A program made the position numbers and the translations under genes. The notes under the pieces are model-generated. The model was not told the DNA's origin and did no database searches. It saw only the letters and a program-made list of their open reading frames with translations. Shown here in pieces: positions 50,401 through 62,130 of a DNA stretch of 64,000 bases; the stretch's first letter is position 1, and the number at the start of each line of letters is the position of its first letter. Source of the stretch: Azolla caroliniana (Eukaryota > Plantae > Polypodiophyta); assembly GCA_043228905.1 (NCBI GenBank), contig JBHGNT010000001.1, positions 18,352,001 through 18,416,000 of the forward strand. Reading direction: 5' to 3'.

Positions 50401-52193
50401 CGTGGATACCCACGTGTGGTAAGTGAAGTCGTCGATGAAGGTTACAAAGTAATGGTTTTCACCGAGACTCACGTTCTATGCTGGTCCCCACACATCTGAA
50501 TGGATCAAATCTAGTGGACTTTGACTACGATTACACTCATTGGGGAATGGAAGTTGGTGTTGTTTTCCCATCTGACAGACTTCGCAGACTTGGCCATTAC
50601 GGCCCCGAAATTTCGGCACGCCGAAAACAATGTTCTTCGTTTGCATCTCACGAAACTGTGGGAAATTTACATGGCTGAACCGCTTGTGCGACAGGTCGAT
50701 ATCCAATTCGACTTTTTGTCCTTTCGCATACAACGCGGTTTTGGCTTGATTAGTGTCGAGGATAAATATCCTCGCTTCATGGCGCCCTTGCGTGATTACT
50801 TTGCCTTCCTCTTCTAAGAAGCAGCTGAGATGTGTGAATCGAACCTGCATTCCTTGGTTGACGATCTGACCGACTAACACCAGGTTCTTCGTTATTTTCA
50901 AGACGTGCAACACGTTCATGAGTTTCCCTTTCTGCTCGACGTGGCTGAGGGGAACTTCACTGACATGTTCGATGGTATGCGGAGTGTCGTCTCCCGTTTC
51001 GACCGCTCCTTGCGATTCTAGTTTCTCCAAGTACGAGAACCATTCCTCATGACTCGTCATATGATTTGACGCTCCGGATTCAACATACCACACCTGGCTT
51101 GATTTCGAGGTGTTCACGGCCATAGAATTGGCATTATGCTTAATTACAAAGGTTGGGCCCGATTTGTTTCCGGCTCGTTCAGAGCCTTCTGCGTAGTGCG
51201 ATCTCTCACACCTCTTTGCGTCTCTTCGGCTCAATCTGGCTTTGTTCGACTCGGCTCTCTTTTTCCAGCACTCGCTCTCCTTATGGCCTTTCTTGCCATA
51301 GTACCAGCATTCCGCCGCGGCCTTCTCTTGTCGGCTTTCGGCGTCACCATGACTCCCCCTACTTGTGGAGGGTCTGGAACTCCTATCAGCATTTCGATTA
51401 TGCTGCGTGTTCAGCTCTTGTCGGCCACCTCCATTGCGTGCCGATTCGCCTCGTCCACCACGACCACAGGGCCTATCTTCCTCTGTGTATAGCATCTTGT
51501 CGTCGGCGTGCATACTCGTCGACGCTCCCGCGTGATTTTTCTCCACGAGCAACATTGACTGAAGCTCGAAGAACGTGTTGGGAGACAGGTCCCTCCGGAT
51601 GGTGCAGACCCGGTGAGAACCGGATGAGGAGTACCTGGCTACGGAGAGCCGGATGGTGCAGGCCCGGTGAGAACCGGATGAGGAGTACCCGGCTACGGAG
51701 AGCCGGATGGTGCAGACCCGGTGAGAACCGGATGAGGAGTACCCGGCTATATTTGTAAATAGCCGAAAAGTCATATTAGTATAAATATGACTTAGGGCAA
51801 ACTTATAGTTTGTAGTTGTTGTCATTTCTTGTTGGTGCAAGAAAACAGAGAGCGTGTAACTGTGTACAGAGAGAGAGAGAGAGAGAGAGAAAGAGGTCGT
51901 TGCCTCTGTTTTAACCGCCGCCTGTGGCGAGGATCGTGAGCATGAGGTCGTTGCCTCTATGAACTCACTATTGTACATTCTAGCATAGTGATAGTTTGCA
52001 GCCTGTGGGCTGCCGTGGTTTTTCCCTTGGTTTGGGTTTTCCACGTAAACATCCTGTGTACCCTCCTCTTCTCTGTGTCGTGTTTTATTTCCCGTTTTCT
52101 GTGTATGATTCTAAGCTCGGTTGTGGCCGAGCGTTGTGCATAAGGAGCGTTTGAGTTCCCGTCAAGTGGTATCAGAGCGAAACGACACAGAAA

Positions 52194-55100
52194 ATGGACG
52201 AATCGTTTGGCGGCATGTTCAAGCTTACCGGCTCCAACTATTCAGTGTCGAAGTCGAAGATGAGGGACATGCTCGTGGTTAAAGACCTCTGGCTGCCGGT
52301 TCAGTTCGGGGACAAGAGACCAGAGAAAATCGACGCCGCGATATGGGAGGTGATGCACATGAAGACAACGACGTACATACGGTGCTTCATCAACATGAGC
52401 CTGTACAACAACTTCAATGAGGAGAGCAAGGCTCATGACCTCCGGGAGAAGATCAACATAATGTTTCAAAACAAAAATGTTGTTAATCAGGTTTCGGTAT
52501 TCCGGAAGCTAGTTAGACTCCGGTACCAAGATGTCTCTAGCATGGCGGAGCACATGAATGCCTTCCAGGGGCTGATACACCAGGCAACATCATTGGAAGT
52601 ACCTCTCGCCGACGAGGTACTAGCGCTACTCTTGCTCGGTTCCCTCCCGGGTAGCTGGGAGACGTTGGTTGTCACTTTGGGCAAAGCCGGGCCGGAAGGA
52701 AAGCGGTTATCCCTAACAAGAGTAAAGTGGAGCTTGCTAGATGAGTAGGCGCGTCGGAAAGATAAAGGTACGAGCTCCGACTCCAAAGCGCTCCTTACCG
52801 AATCGGAACGCGAAAGACATAGAAACCGTAGTCCCCAAAACCGGGAGAAGTCGGGGACACGGTCAAAGTCAAGGGGGAGGCCCACTTGCTTCCATAGATT
52901 GACACATGTGTCATATTCGTGATATTCTCCATGCGCAATATTCTCAATATTCGAGAATACAAAATGGCCCCAAGAATATTAAAAAACCATTCGTTTTGTA
53001 AAATAAATATGAAAAATTATTTATTTATTTAAATAAAAGTATTTCACCAAAAAAACAATTATTCATTAATAGATTATAGTGTCAAGAGAGTTTATGAAAC
53101 TTATTTTAATTAATTAATTTTTTAAAAACGAATATTTTTATATTTATTATACAAATATGATTAGTATGAACTTTGAAGATATGATTAGTTTGAAGTACCA
53201 TTTTTAATGTCAAGATAAAAATATCCGTAAATTTTGAGTAAATAAAAGGTGAGAAATTAATGAGTTTTTATTTTATTTTATTTATTTATTAAAAATAAAA
53301 CGACTATACATTTATTATAAAAATTTAGTACTCTCAAGTCCCCAAAGTTCCTCTTTTATTATCCCTATTTATTGTTAAGTTCCTTTTTTTTTATCTTAAG
53401 AAAATTATTATTATTATTTTTTTGGGGGGGTGGGGGTTAAACGAATACTTGACTATCCATTCGTATTCGTATTCGTTTGCATTCGAATGGAAAACCCCAC
53501 GAATGCGAATATGTCAATCTATGCTTGCTTCTATTGCGGCAAGCCGGGACACTTCCAAAAGAACTGTCGGCATTTCCGTAAAGACAAGGAAACCGACGGT
53601 ACCGATTCGAAGCGGACCCCGGACCGGAACGGTAAAGACCGGAGGGGAACGGACCGGAAGGGAACGACGACAATCGCGGCAAGCGAAGAGGAGTTGATGC
53701 TCATCACCGAGGAGAGTGAGATAAACCTTGCCGGCGAGAAGATGACTTGGGTGGTAGACTCCGGAGCGTCGTTCCACCTTACCCCGGACCGGAAATGCTT
53801 CTCATCAGACGCAGCCGATGATCACGGCTGTGTCCAGATGGGGAATGAAGGTACATGCCGAATTGTCGGCATAGGAGACGTGTGGCTGTCAACACCAACC
53901 GGATGCAAGTTGCTGCTGAAGGATGTCTGACACGCTCCGGAGGTTCGTCTGAACCTGATATCAGCCGGTCGACTAGATGATGAAGGCTACACTGGTAGCA
54001 TCCGGAACGGTGTCATGAAGTTCAGCAAAGGGAGCCTGATTGTGGCTCGGGCCCGGAAGGTCAACACACTATACCTGATGAATGCCCGGTTATGTCCGGA
54101 AGAAGTGAACGTGGCATCCGACACTGCCGGTGAGCTGTGGCACAAGAGACTGTGTCATATGAGTGAGAAGGGGATGAAGAGGCTTACAGACGACAACCTC
54201 ATTCCAGTGAAGAACGTGCACTTGGAGAAGTGCACTGATTGTCTAGCCGGTAAGCAAAACCGGACCTCCTTCCGACCAAGGCCACCGATGAGACGTAATG
54301 CACCACTAGAGTTGGTGCATACGGATGTGTGTTAGGTAGACACGAAGTCACATGCCGGAGCGCAGTACTTTGTGACGTTCATAGATGACCATAGCCGGAA
54401 GCTGTGGGCCACACCGTTGAAGACGAAGGATCAGGTGCTATCCGTCTTCAAAGAGCTCCTCGCGAGAGTGGAAAGAGAAACTGGCCGGAAGCTGAAGGCG
54501 GTTCAAGCAGATAACAGAGGTGAATACCGAGGGTAGTTCGAGGAGTACTGTCGCTTGAAGGGAATCCGGCTCAAATTTACCGTGCCGAAGACGCCGGAAC
54601 TAAACGGACTGGCCGAGAGGATGAACCAGACCATAATGGAGAGGATCCGGAGTATGCTAGCGCATGCAAAACTACCCAAGAAGTTTTGGGCTGAGGCACT
54701 GTCGACGGCGACATATGTGATAAAGAGATCACCCTCAGTACCCTTGGACGGAGACACGCCACAGAGAGTATGGACCGGTAAGGAAGTGTCCTACCGGCAT
54801 ATGAAGGTGTTCGGGTGTCTCGCGTACGTGCATGTAGCTAAGGACCAGAGAGGAAAGTTAGATCCAAAGACCCGGCCATGCATATTCCTCGGTTACGGTG
54901 ACCATGAGTTCGGCTACCGAGTGTGGGACCCGGTCGACAAGAAGGTATTCCGGAGTCGAGATATTATCTTCATGGAGGACAAGACTCTCGCCGACTGGGA
55001 GTCAGAGAAGAAGATAATGAAATCCGAGTCGACCGGTAAGGATCGACTCTACGATGAGCAGACCCAACCGGCAAGAGACCGGTTAGCACTCGAGGAACCA

Positions 55101-56878
55101 ACCGGTTACGGTGAGGATACCGAACCGGCTGAAGAAGAAGTAGAGGAAGCTGAGACCGGAACCAGCCTAGACCCCGAATCGGATTCGGATGAAGAGCAAA
55201 TGGAGGAGCCGGCTACCGAAGCCCAAAGATGGAGATATCCTCTCAGAGAGAGAAGGCCCCCCCGGAGATTTCCGGATGCAGAGCATGTGCTGCTGACCGA
55301 TGAGGGGGAGCCGAAAAGCTTCGAAGAAGCGAAGGATGACACCCACAACCGCAAATGGTTAAGTGCCATGCAGGATGAGATGGATTCCCTGCATGAGAAC
55401 CATACGTACGAATTGGTGGTGTTGCCGAAAGGAAAGCGGGAACTCCGTAACAAGTGGGTGTACAAGTTGAAACCGGGAGATGCCGGCAACCCCCCGAGAT
55501 ACAAAGCCAGGATCGTGGTGAAGGGTTTCCAGCAGAAAAAGGGCGTGGACTTTGATGAGATATTTGCCCCGGTAGTAAAGATGACCTCCATCCGGACGGT
55601 GCTGAGTATAGTGGCAAGCATGGACCTCGAGGTAGAGCAGCTAGACGTAAAGACGACATTCCTTCATGGCGACCTCGAAGAGGAGATCTACATGCAGCAA
55701 CCGGAAGGATTCGTGGAGAAAGGGAAGGAGCACCTGGTATGCCGGTTGAAGAAGAGCCTCTACGGGTTGAAGCAGGCCCCCCGGCAATGGTACCGGAAGG
55801 TCGACTCCTTCATGACCGATCAAGGGTACCACAAGACGTAGGCCGATCACTACGTGTTTGTGAAGAAGTTTGAAGGAGGCGACTTCCTGATACTCCTTCT
55901 ATACGTGGACGAAATGTTGATCGTCGGACGGGACCAAGTCAAAATACGGATGCTGAAGAAGGCTCTCAACCGGACCTTCTCAATGAAAGACTTGGGTCTG
56001 GCAAGACAGATGCTGGGGATGCACATCATTCGAAACCGGTCAACGAAGCAATTATGGTTGTCACAGGAGAAGTACGTGACAAAGGTGCTTCACCGGTTCA
56101 ACATGTCAGATGCAAAACCGGTCGGATCGACACTTCCGGCAAACTGCAGGCTATCCGGTAAGCAAAGCCCGAAGACGAAAGCAGAGATGGTGGATATGAT
56201 GAAGATTCCATATGCCTCTGCCGTCGGGAGCTTGATGTACGCAATGGTGTGTACCCGACCGGATATAGGATACGCAGTCGGAGTGGTGAGCCGGTTCATG
56301 AGCAATCCCGGCAAGGAGCACTAGAATGCGGTCAAATGGATACTCTGGTATTTGAAGGGCACTTCAAATATGTGTCTCCGATTCGGCTCCGGAAAACCCC
56401 AACTTGACGGTTTCACCGATTCGGACATGTCGGCTGATGTGGATACCAGCCGGTCTACATCCGGGTATGTAATCACATATGCAGGGGGAGATGTTTCGTG
56501 GCAGTCGAGGTTGCAGAAGACGGTTGCATTGTCATTCACGGAGGCAAAGTACATGGTAGCTGTGGAAGCCGGCAAGGAAATATTATGGATGAAGGACTTC
56601 ATCGGAGAGCTCGGTATCCGGCAGGATGAATACGACTCTATTGCGACAGTCAAAGTGCCATCCACCTTGCTAAGAATGCGGCCTACCATTCCCGGACGAA
56701 GCATATCCAGCAAAGGTATCACTGGATCCGGGAAAGAGTAGATGACCAAGAGTTCGCACTGACGAAGATCCACACGGCCTAGAACGGGTCAGATATGCTG
56801 ACCAAAGTTCTGATACCCGACAAGCTGGATGCATGCCGGAAGAGGATCGGACTAGTAAGACACCCCATGCTGAAGTGA
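52194..56878 (+). pseudogene. gag-pol: F gag-pol, multiple stops plus MITE insertion
   Basis: Colinear with A gag-pol; stops at e.g. 52746, 53928, 54333, 55839, 56322. Confidence 0.93.
52893..53523. mobile_element. Non-autonomous hAT-type DNA transposon (MITE), 631 bp
   Basis: 12-bp TIR CATAGATTGACA/TGTCAATCTATG, 8-bp TSD CTTGCTTC (52885-52892, 53524-53531), AT-rich interior, subterminal TATTCG repeats. Confidence 0.92.
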
Positions 56879-58052
56879 AGGGGGAGTTTGTTGGAAGACA
56901 GGTCCCTCCGGATGGTGCAGACCCGGTGAGAACCGAATGAGGAGTACCCGGCTACGGAGAGCCGGATGGTGCAGACCCGGTGAGAACCAGATGAGGAGTA
57001 CCCAACTACGGAGAGCCAGATGGTGCAGGCCCGGTGAGAACCGGATGAGTACCCGGCTACGGAGAGCCGGATGGTGCAGACCCGGTGAGAACCGGATGAG
57101 GAGTACCCGGCTACGGAGAGCCGGATGGTGCAGACCCGGTGAGAACCGGATGAGGAGTACTCGGCTATATTTGTAAATAGCCGAAAAGTCATATTAGTAT
57201 AAATATGACTTAGGGCAAACTTATAGTTTGTAGTTGTTGTCATTTCTTGTTGGTGCAAGAAAAGAGAGAGCGTGTAATTGTGTACAGAGAGAGAGAGAGA
57301 GAGAGAGAGAAAGAGGTCGTTGCCTCTGTTGTAACCGCCGCCTGTGGCGTGTTGGGATTACGGTCCCTCCGGATGGGATGTCCGGAGACGAATAACGGCA
57401 AGCCCGGTTGCGGTTACGGATCCGGATGGAATGAAGAGTACCCGGCATGAAGCCGGATGAAGTGTACCCGGATGCGGATCCGGATGATGAAGAGTACCCG
57501 GCATGAAGCCGGATGAAGAGTACCCGGATACGGATCCGGATGATGAAGACCCCGGCTACGGAGCCGGATGACGAATGTACCCGGAGAGAGATCCGGATGC
57601 AGGGACATATTTGTGAATATGTTTGCTAAGAGCCCTTGAGGCTATATTTGTAAATATCCCGAAAGTCATATATGTATAAATATGACTTAGGGCAAACAGT
57701 TTTAGGTTGTTGCTTATTTTTCATGAGTAGTGAGAGCAGCCGAAGAGAGAGAGAGAGAGACGAAGAGGTCGTTGCCTCTGTGTATTACCGCCGCCTGTGG
57801 CGAAGACAGTGAGCTCAAGGTTGTTGCCTTGTAGCTTCACCATTGTACATCCCTGTTCATAGTGATAGTTGGAGGTTGAGGACTCCCGTGGTTTTTCCCA
57901 TTTAGGGTTTTCCACGTAAAACATCCAGTGTACCTTTCTCTCTATTGTTTTGTGCATTTTGTATTTCCTGTTTTCTGTGAGTTAATCCCATTCCTCGGTT
58001 GTGGCCGAGCACTGTTTCCAACAAGTGGTATCAGAGCGAGTTAACACAGAAA

Positions 58053-59075
58053 ATGGAAGGCGGCGGTAGTGGGCCTCCGGGCATGATGGTGTTGAACTCA
58101 CAGAACTACGCCGACTGGAAGATAAAGATGGAAGACCTTCTCATCGTCCGAGACCTGTACGAACCGATCGACAATGCCGAGATACCCAAGGGGGTAATAG
58201 AGTCGGAGTGGAAGCTCCTGAACCGGAAAGCCGTAGCGACGATCCGGCAATATGTCGATGTAAGTGTCCTGCAACATGTGGCGAACGATACGAACGCCTA
58301 TGAGATGTGGAAGAAGCTGTCGGGCCTCTATGAGAGGAAGAATGCGTTGAACCGGACCTCCCTGATGAGAAAGATAGTGAACCTCAAGTACCGGGACGGC
58401 GAGAGTATGGTGGAACACGTAAGCACGTTCATGGGATTCGTGAACCAGCTTGCGGCGATCAAGTTCCCGTTGGAGGATGCAATGCAAGCCATCATCCTGA
58501 TGTGTACATTGCCGGACAGTTGGGAGAACTTGGTGGTGACTCTCAGCACCTCCTGCGCCGAAGATAACTTGTCCCTACAAACGGTAAAGACAAGTATTTT
58601 GAACGAAGAAGCGCGTCGGAGAGATAAAGAACCGGTCTCCGACTCGAAGGCGCTGCTTACCGAATCGGAACGGGGAAGACAATGGAACCGGAGTCCGCAA
58701 AGACGGGAGAAGTCGGGGACCCGGTCGCAGTCAAGAGGAAGGCCCACATGCTTCCACTGTGGGAAGCCGGGGCACTTCCGGAAGAATTGTCGGCATTACC
58801 GAAAGGACAACGGAGCAGATGACACCGATTCGAAGAAGTCACCGGAGAGAAACGGTGCATACCGGGGAGCCACGGACCGGAGAGTTTCGGATCGGCGAGG
58901 GCAGGACCGGAAAGGAACGACGGCACTCGCGGCAAGTGACGAAGAGATAATGCTCATTACCGAAGAGAGGGAGCTGAACATTGCCGGCGCTAGAGATGAC
59001 CTGGGTGGTCGATTCCGGAGCGTCGTTCCACCTGACCCCGGAGAAGAAATACTTCTCATCCTACACAGCCGGTGA
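58053..59075 (+). CDS. gag: G Gag (capsid plus Zn knuckle); last ~27 codons out of the pol frame
   Basis: LNSQNYADWKIKMEDLL; LPDSWENLVVTL; CFHCGKPGHFRKNC. Confidence 0.9.
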   Translation: MEGGGSGPPGMMVLNSQNYADWKIKMEDLLIVRDLYEPIDNAEIPKGVIESEWKLLNRKAVATIRQYVDVSVLQHVANDTNAYEMWKKLSGLYERKNALNRTSLMRKIVNLKYRDGESMVEHVSTFMGFVNQLAAIKFPLEDAMQAIILMCTLPDSWENLVVTLSTSCAEDNLSLQTVKTSILNEEARRRDKEPVSDSKALLTESERGRQWNRSPQRREKSGTRSQSRGRPTCFHCGKPGHFRKNCRHYRKDNGADDTDSKKSPERNGAYRGATDRRVSDRRGQDRKGTTALAASDEEIMLITEERELNIAGARDDLGGRFRSVVPPDPGEEILLILHSR

Positions 59076-62000
59076 GCACGGCTTTGTCCGGATGGGAAAT
59101 GAAGGTACATGCCGGATTGCCGGCATAGGAGACGTGTGGCTGATGACATCAACCGGATGCAAGATGCTGTTGAAGGATGTGCGACACGTTCCGGAGGTTC
59201 GATTGAACCTGATCTCGGCCGGGAGGCTAGATGATGAAGGCTACACGGGTAGCATCCGGAACGGCGTAATGAAGTTCAGCAAGGGGAGCCTGATAGTGGC
59301 TCGGGCCCGGAAAGTCAACACACTGTACCTGATGAATGCCCGGTTATGTCCGGAAGAGCTGAATGTGGCAGCCGACACTACCGGTGAGCTGTGGCACAAA
59401 AGACTGTGCCACATGAGTGAGAAGGGGATGAAGAGGCTTGCAGAAGACAACCTTATTCCAGTGAAGCATGTGCACCTGGAGAAGTGCACCGACTGCCTGG
59501 CCGGTAAGCAAAACCGGACCTCCTTCCACTCAAGGCCACCGACGAGACGTAGCGCACCATTGGAGTTGGTGCACACTGATGTGTGTCAGGTAGAAACGAA
59601 GTCACATGGCGGAGCCCAGTACTTCGTAACATTCATAGATGATCACAGCCGAAGACTGTGGACGGCACCGATGAAGACAAAGGACCAAGTGTTGTCCGTC
59701 TTCAAAGAACTCCACGCGAGAGTGGAAAGGGAATCCGGCAAGAAGCTGAAAGCGATACGAGCGGATAACGGAGGGGAATACCGGGGGCAGTTCCAGGAGT
59801 ACTGTCGCTCGAAGGGAATTCGACTCGAGTTTACTGTGCCGAAGACGCCGGAACTGAACGGGCTGGCCGAGAGGATGAACCGGACCATAATGGAGAGGGT
59901 CCGGAGTATGCTGGCTCATGCGAAATTACCCAAGGGGTTTTGGGCTGAGGCAATGTCGACGGCGACATACGTGATAAACAGATCACCCTCAGTACCTTTG
60001 GACGGAGACACGCCGCAGAAAGTGTGGACCGGTAAGGAAGTGTCCTACCGGCATCTGAAGGTGTTCGGGTGTCTCGCATACGTGCATGTGGCAAAGGACA
60101 GGAGAGGAAAGCTAGATCCAAAGACCCGGCCATGCATATTCCTCGGATACGGCGACGACGAGTTCGGCTACCGAGTATGGGACCCGGTCGACAAGAAGAT
60201 ATTCAGGAGTCGAGACATCATCTTCATGGAGGACAAGACACTCGCCGACTGGGAGTCGGAGAAGAAGATGAAGAGTTCAAAGTCGACCGGTGAGGATCAA
60301 CTCTACGAGGAGCAGTCCCGACCGGCAAGGGACCGGTTAGCACTCGAGGACCCGGCTGAAGACGGTGAAGAAACAGAACCGGCCGAAGAAGATGAAAATG
60401 ATACCGGAACCGGCCCCGATCCCGAAATGGATTCGGATGAAGAAGAAGAATCGAAAGAACCGGTTACCGAAGCTCCCGAACGGAGATATCCTCTAAGAGA
60501 GAGAAGGGCCCCCCGGAGATTTCCGGAACCAGAGCACGTGCTGCTAACCGACGAGGGGGAGCCGGAGAGCTTTGAAGAAGCAAAGCACGACACCCAGAGC
60601 CGCAGGTGGTTAAGTGCCATGCAGGAGGAGATGGATTCCCTGCATGAGAACCACACATATGAACTTGTGGAGTTGCCGAAAGGAAAGCGGGCACTTCGAA
60701 ACAAGTGGGTGTTCAAGCTGAAACCGGGAGATGCCGGAAACCCCCCGAGATACAAAGCCAGGATCGTGGTGAAGGGGTTTCAGCAGAAGAAGGGCGTCGA
60801 CTTCGACGAGATATTTGCCCCGGTAGTGAAGATGACCTCCATCCGGACGGTGCTGAGCATAGCGGCGAGCATGGACCTCGAGGTAGAACAGATGGACGTG
60901 AAGACGGCATTCCTTCACGGTGACCTCGAAGAAGAGATCTACATGCAGCAACCGGAAGGATTCGAGAAGAAAGGGAAGGAGCACCTGGTATGCCGGTTGA
61001 AGAAGAGCCTTTACGGACTGAAGCAGGCTCCCCGGCAATGGTACCGGAAGTTCGACTCCTTCATGACCAACGAAGGGTACCTCAAAACGCAGTCTGACCA
61101 CTGCGTGTTTGCGAAGAAGTTCGAAGGAGGAGACTTTTTAATACTCCTCCTGTACGTGGACGACATGTTGATCGTCGGACGGGACCAGGTCAAGATACGG
61201 GTGCTGAAGAAGGCTCTTCACCGAACCTTCTCAATGAAGGACCTGGGTCCGGTGAGGCAAATGCTAGGGATGCACATCATCCGGGACCGGAAGAAGAAGC
61301 AGTTGTGGCTGTCACAGGAGAAGTACGTGACGAAGGTGCTTCACCGGTTCAACATGTCGGAAGCAAGACCGGTCGGATCGACCCTCCCGGCAAACTGCAA
61401 GCTGTCCAGCAAGCAAAGTCCTAAGACAAAGGCTGAAAAGGAGGATATGATGAAAGTGCCGTATGCCTCAGCCGTCGGGAGCTTGATGTACGCCATGGTG
61501 TGTACGAGACCGGACATAGGATATGCAGTCGGAGTGGTGAGCCGGTACATGAGCAATCCCGGCAAAGAGCATTGGAACGCGGTCAAGTGGATACTCCGAT
61601 ACCTGAAGGGCACGGCAAACGTGTGCCTCCGATTCGGCTCCGGTAAGCCCAAACTCGACGGCTTCACCGATTCGGATATGTCGGCTGATGCAGATACCAG
61701 CCGGTCCACATCAGGGTATGTGATGACCTATGCAGGGGGAGCCGTTTCGTGGCAGTCGAGGCTGCAGAAGACGGTTGCGTTGTCAACCACGGAGGCGGAG
61801 TACATGGCAGCTGTTGAAGCCGGCAAGGAAATGATATGGATGAAGGACTTCATTAGAGAGCTCGGTATCCAACAGGAGGAGTACCGACTCTACTGCGACA
61901 GTCAGAGTGCCATCCACCTTGCGAAGAACGCGGCCTACCATTCCCGGACGAAACACATCCAGCGTAGATACCACTGGATCCGGGAGAGGATAGAAGACGA

Positions 62001-62130
62001 GGAGTTCGTGCTGACGAAGATCCACACGGACGAGAACGGGTCGGATATGCTGACCAAGGTGCTCACACCCGACAAGCTGGAAGCATGCCGGAAGAGGATC
62101 GGATTGGAGAGACATCCCATGCCGAAGTGA
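58981..62130 (+). CDS. pol: G Pol (protease, integrase, RT, RNase H), uninterrupted 1049-codon ORF
   Basis: WVVDSGASFH; HTDVC/RADNGGEY/NGLAERMNRT; DVKTAFLHG, LYVDDML; FTDSD, STTEAEY, YCDSQSA. Confidence 0.95.
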   Translation: MPALEMTWVVDSGASFHLTPEKKYFSSYTAGEHGFVRMGNEGTCRIAGIGDVWLMTSTGCKMLLKDVRHVPEVRLNLISAGRLDDEGYTGSIRNGVMKFSKGSLIVARARKVNTLYLMNARLCPEELNVAADTTGELWHKRLCHMSEKGMKRLAEDNLIPVKHVHLEKCTDCLAGKQNRTSFHSRPPTRRSAPLELVHTDVCQVETKSHGGAQYFVTFIDDHSRRLWTAPMKTKDQVLSVFKELHARVERESGKKLKAIRADNGGEYRGQFQEYCRSKGIRLEFTVPKTPELNGLAERMNRTIMERVRSMLAHAKLPKGFWAEAMSTATYVINRSPSVPLDGDTPQKVWTGKEVSYRHLKVFGCLAYVHVAKDRRGKLDPKTRPCIFLGYGDDEFGYRVWDPVDKKIFRSRDIIFMEDKTLADWESEKKMKSSKSTGEDQLYEEQSRPARDRLALEDPAEDGEETEPAEEDENDTGTGPDPEMDSDEEEESKEPVTEAPERRYPLRERRAPRRFPEPEHVLLTDEGEPESFEEAKHDTQSRRWLSAMQEEMDSLHENHTYELVELPKGKRALRNKWVFKLKPGDAGNPPRYKARIVVKGFQQKKGVDFDEIFAPVVKMTSIRTVLSIAASMDLEVEQMDVKTAFLHGDLEEEIYMQQPEGFEKKGKEHLVCRLKKSLYGLKQAPRQWYRKFDSFMTNEGYLKTQSDHCVFAKKFEGGDFLILLLYVDDMLIVGRDQVKIRVLKKALHRTFSMKDLGPVRQMLGMHIIRDRKKKQLWLSQEKYVTKVLHRFNMSEARPVGSTLPANCKLSSKQSPKTKAEKEDMMKVPYASAVGSLMYAMVCTRPDIGYAVGVVSRYMSNPGKEHWNAVKWILRYLKGTANVCLRFGSGKPKLDGFTDSDMSADADTSRSTSGYVMTYAGGAVSWQSRLQKTVALSTTEAEYMAAVEAGKEMIWMKDFIRELGIQQEEYRLYCDSQSAIHLAKNAAYHSRTKHIQRRYHWIRERIEDEEFVLTKIHTDENGSDMLTKVLTPDKLEACRKRIGLERHPMPK

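Noticed and set aside
50476-52044. 522-aa minus-strand ORF as one gene
   Set aside because: Chimeric: antisense F LTR fused by chance to H gag/protease at the insertion junction (51575).
56908-57600. CRISPR-like array
   Set aside because: Contiguous tandem units with no unique spacers, inside eukaryotic LTRs, and no cas genes.
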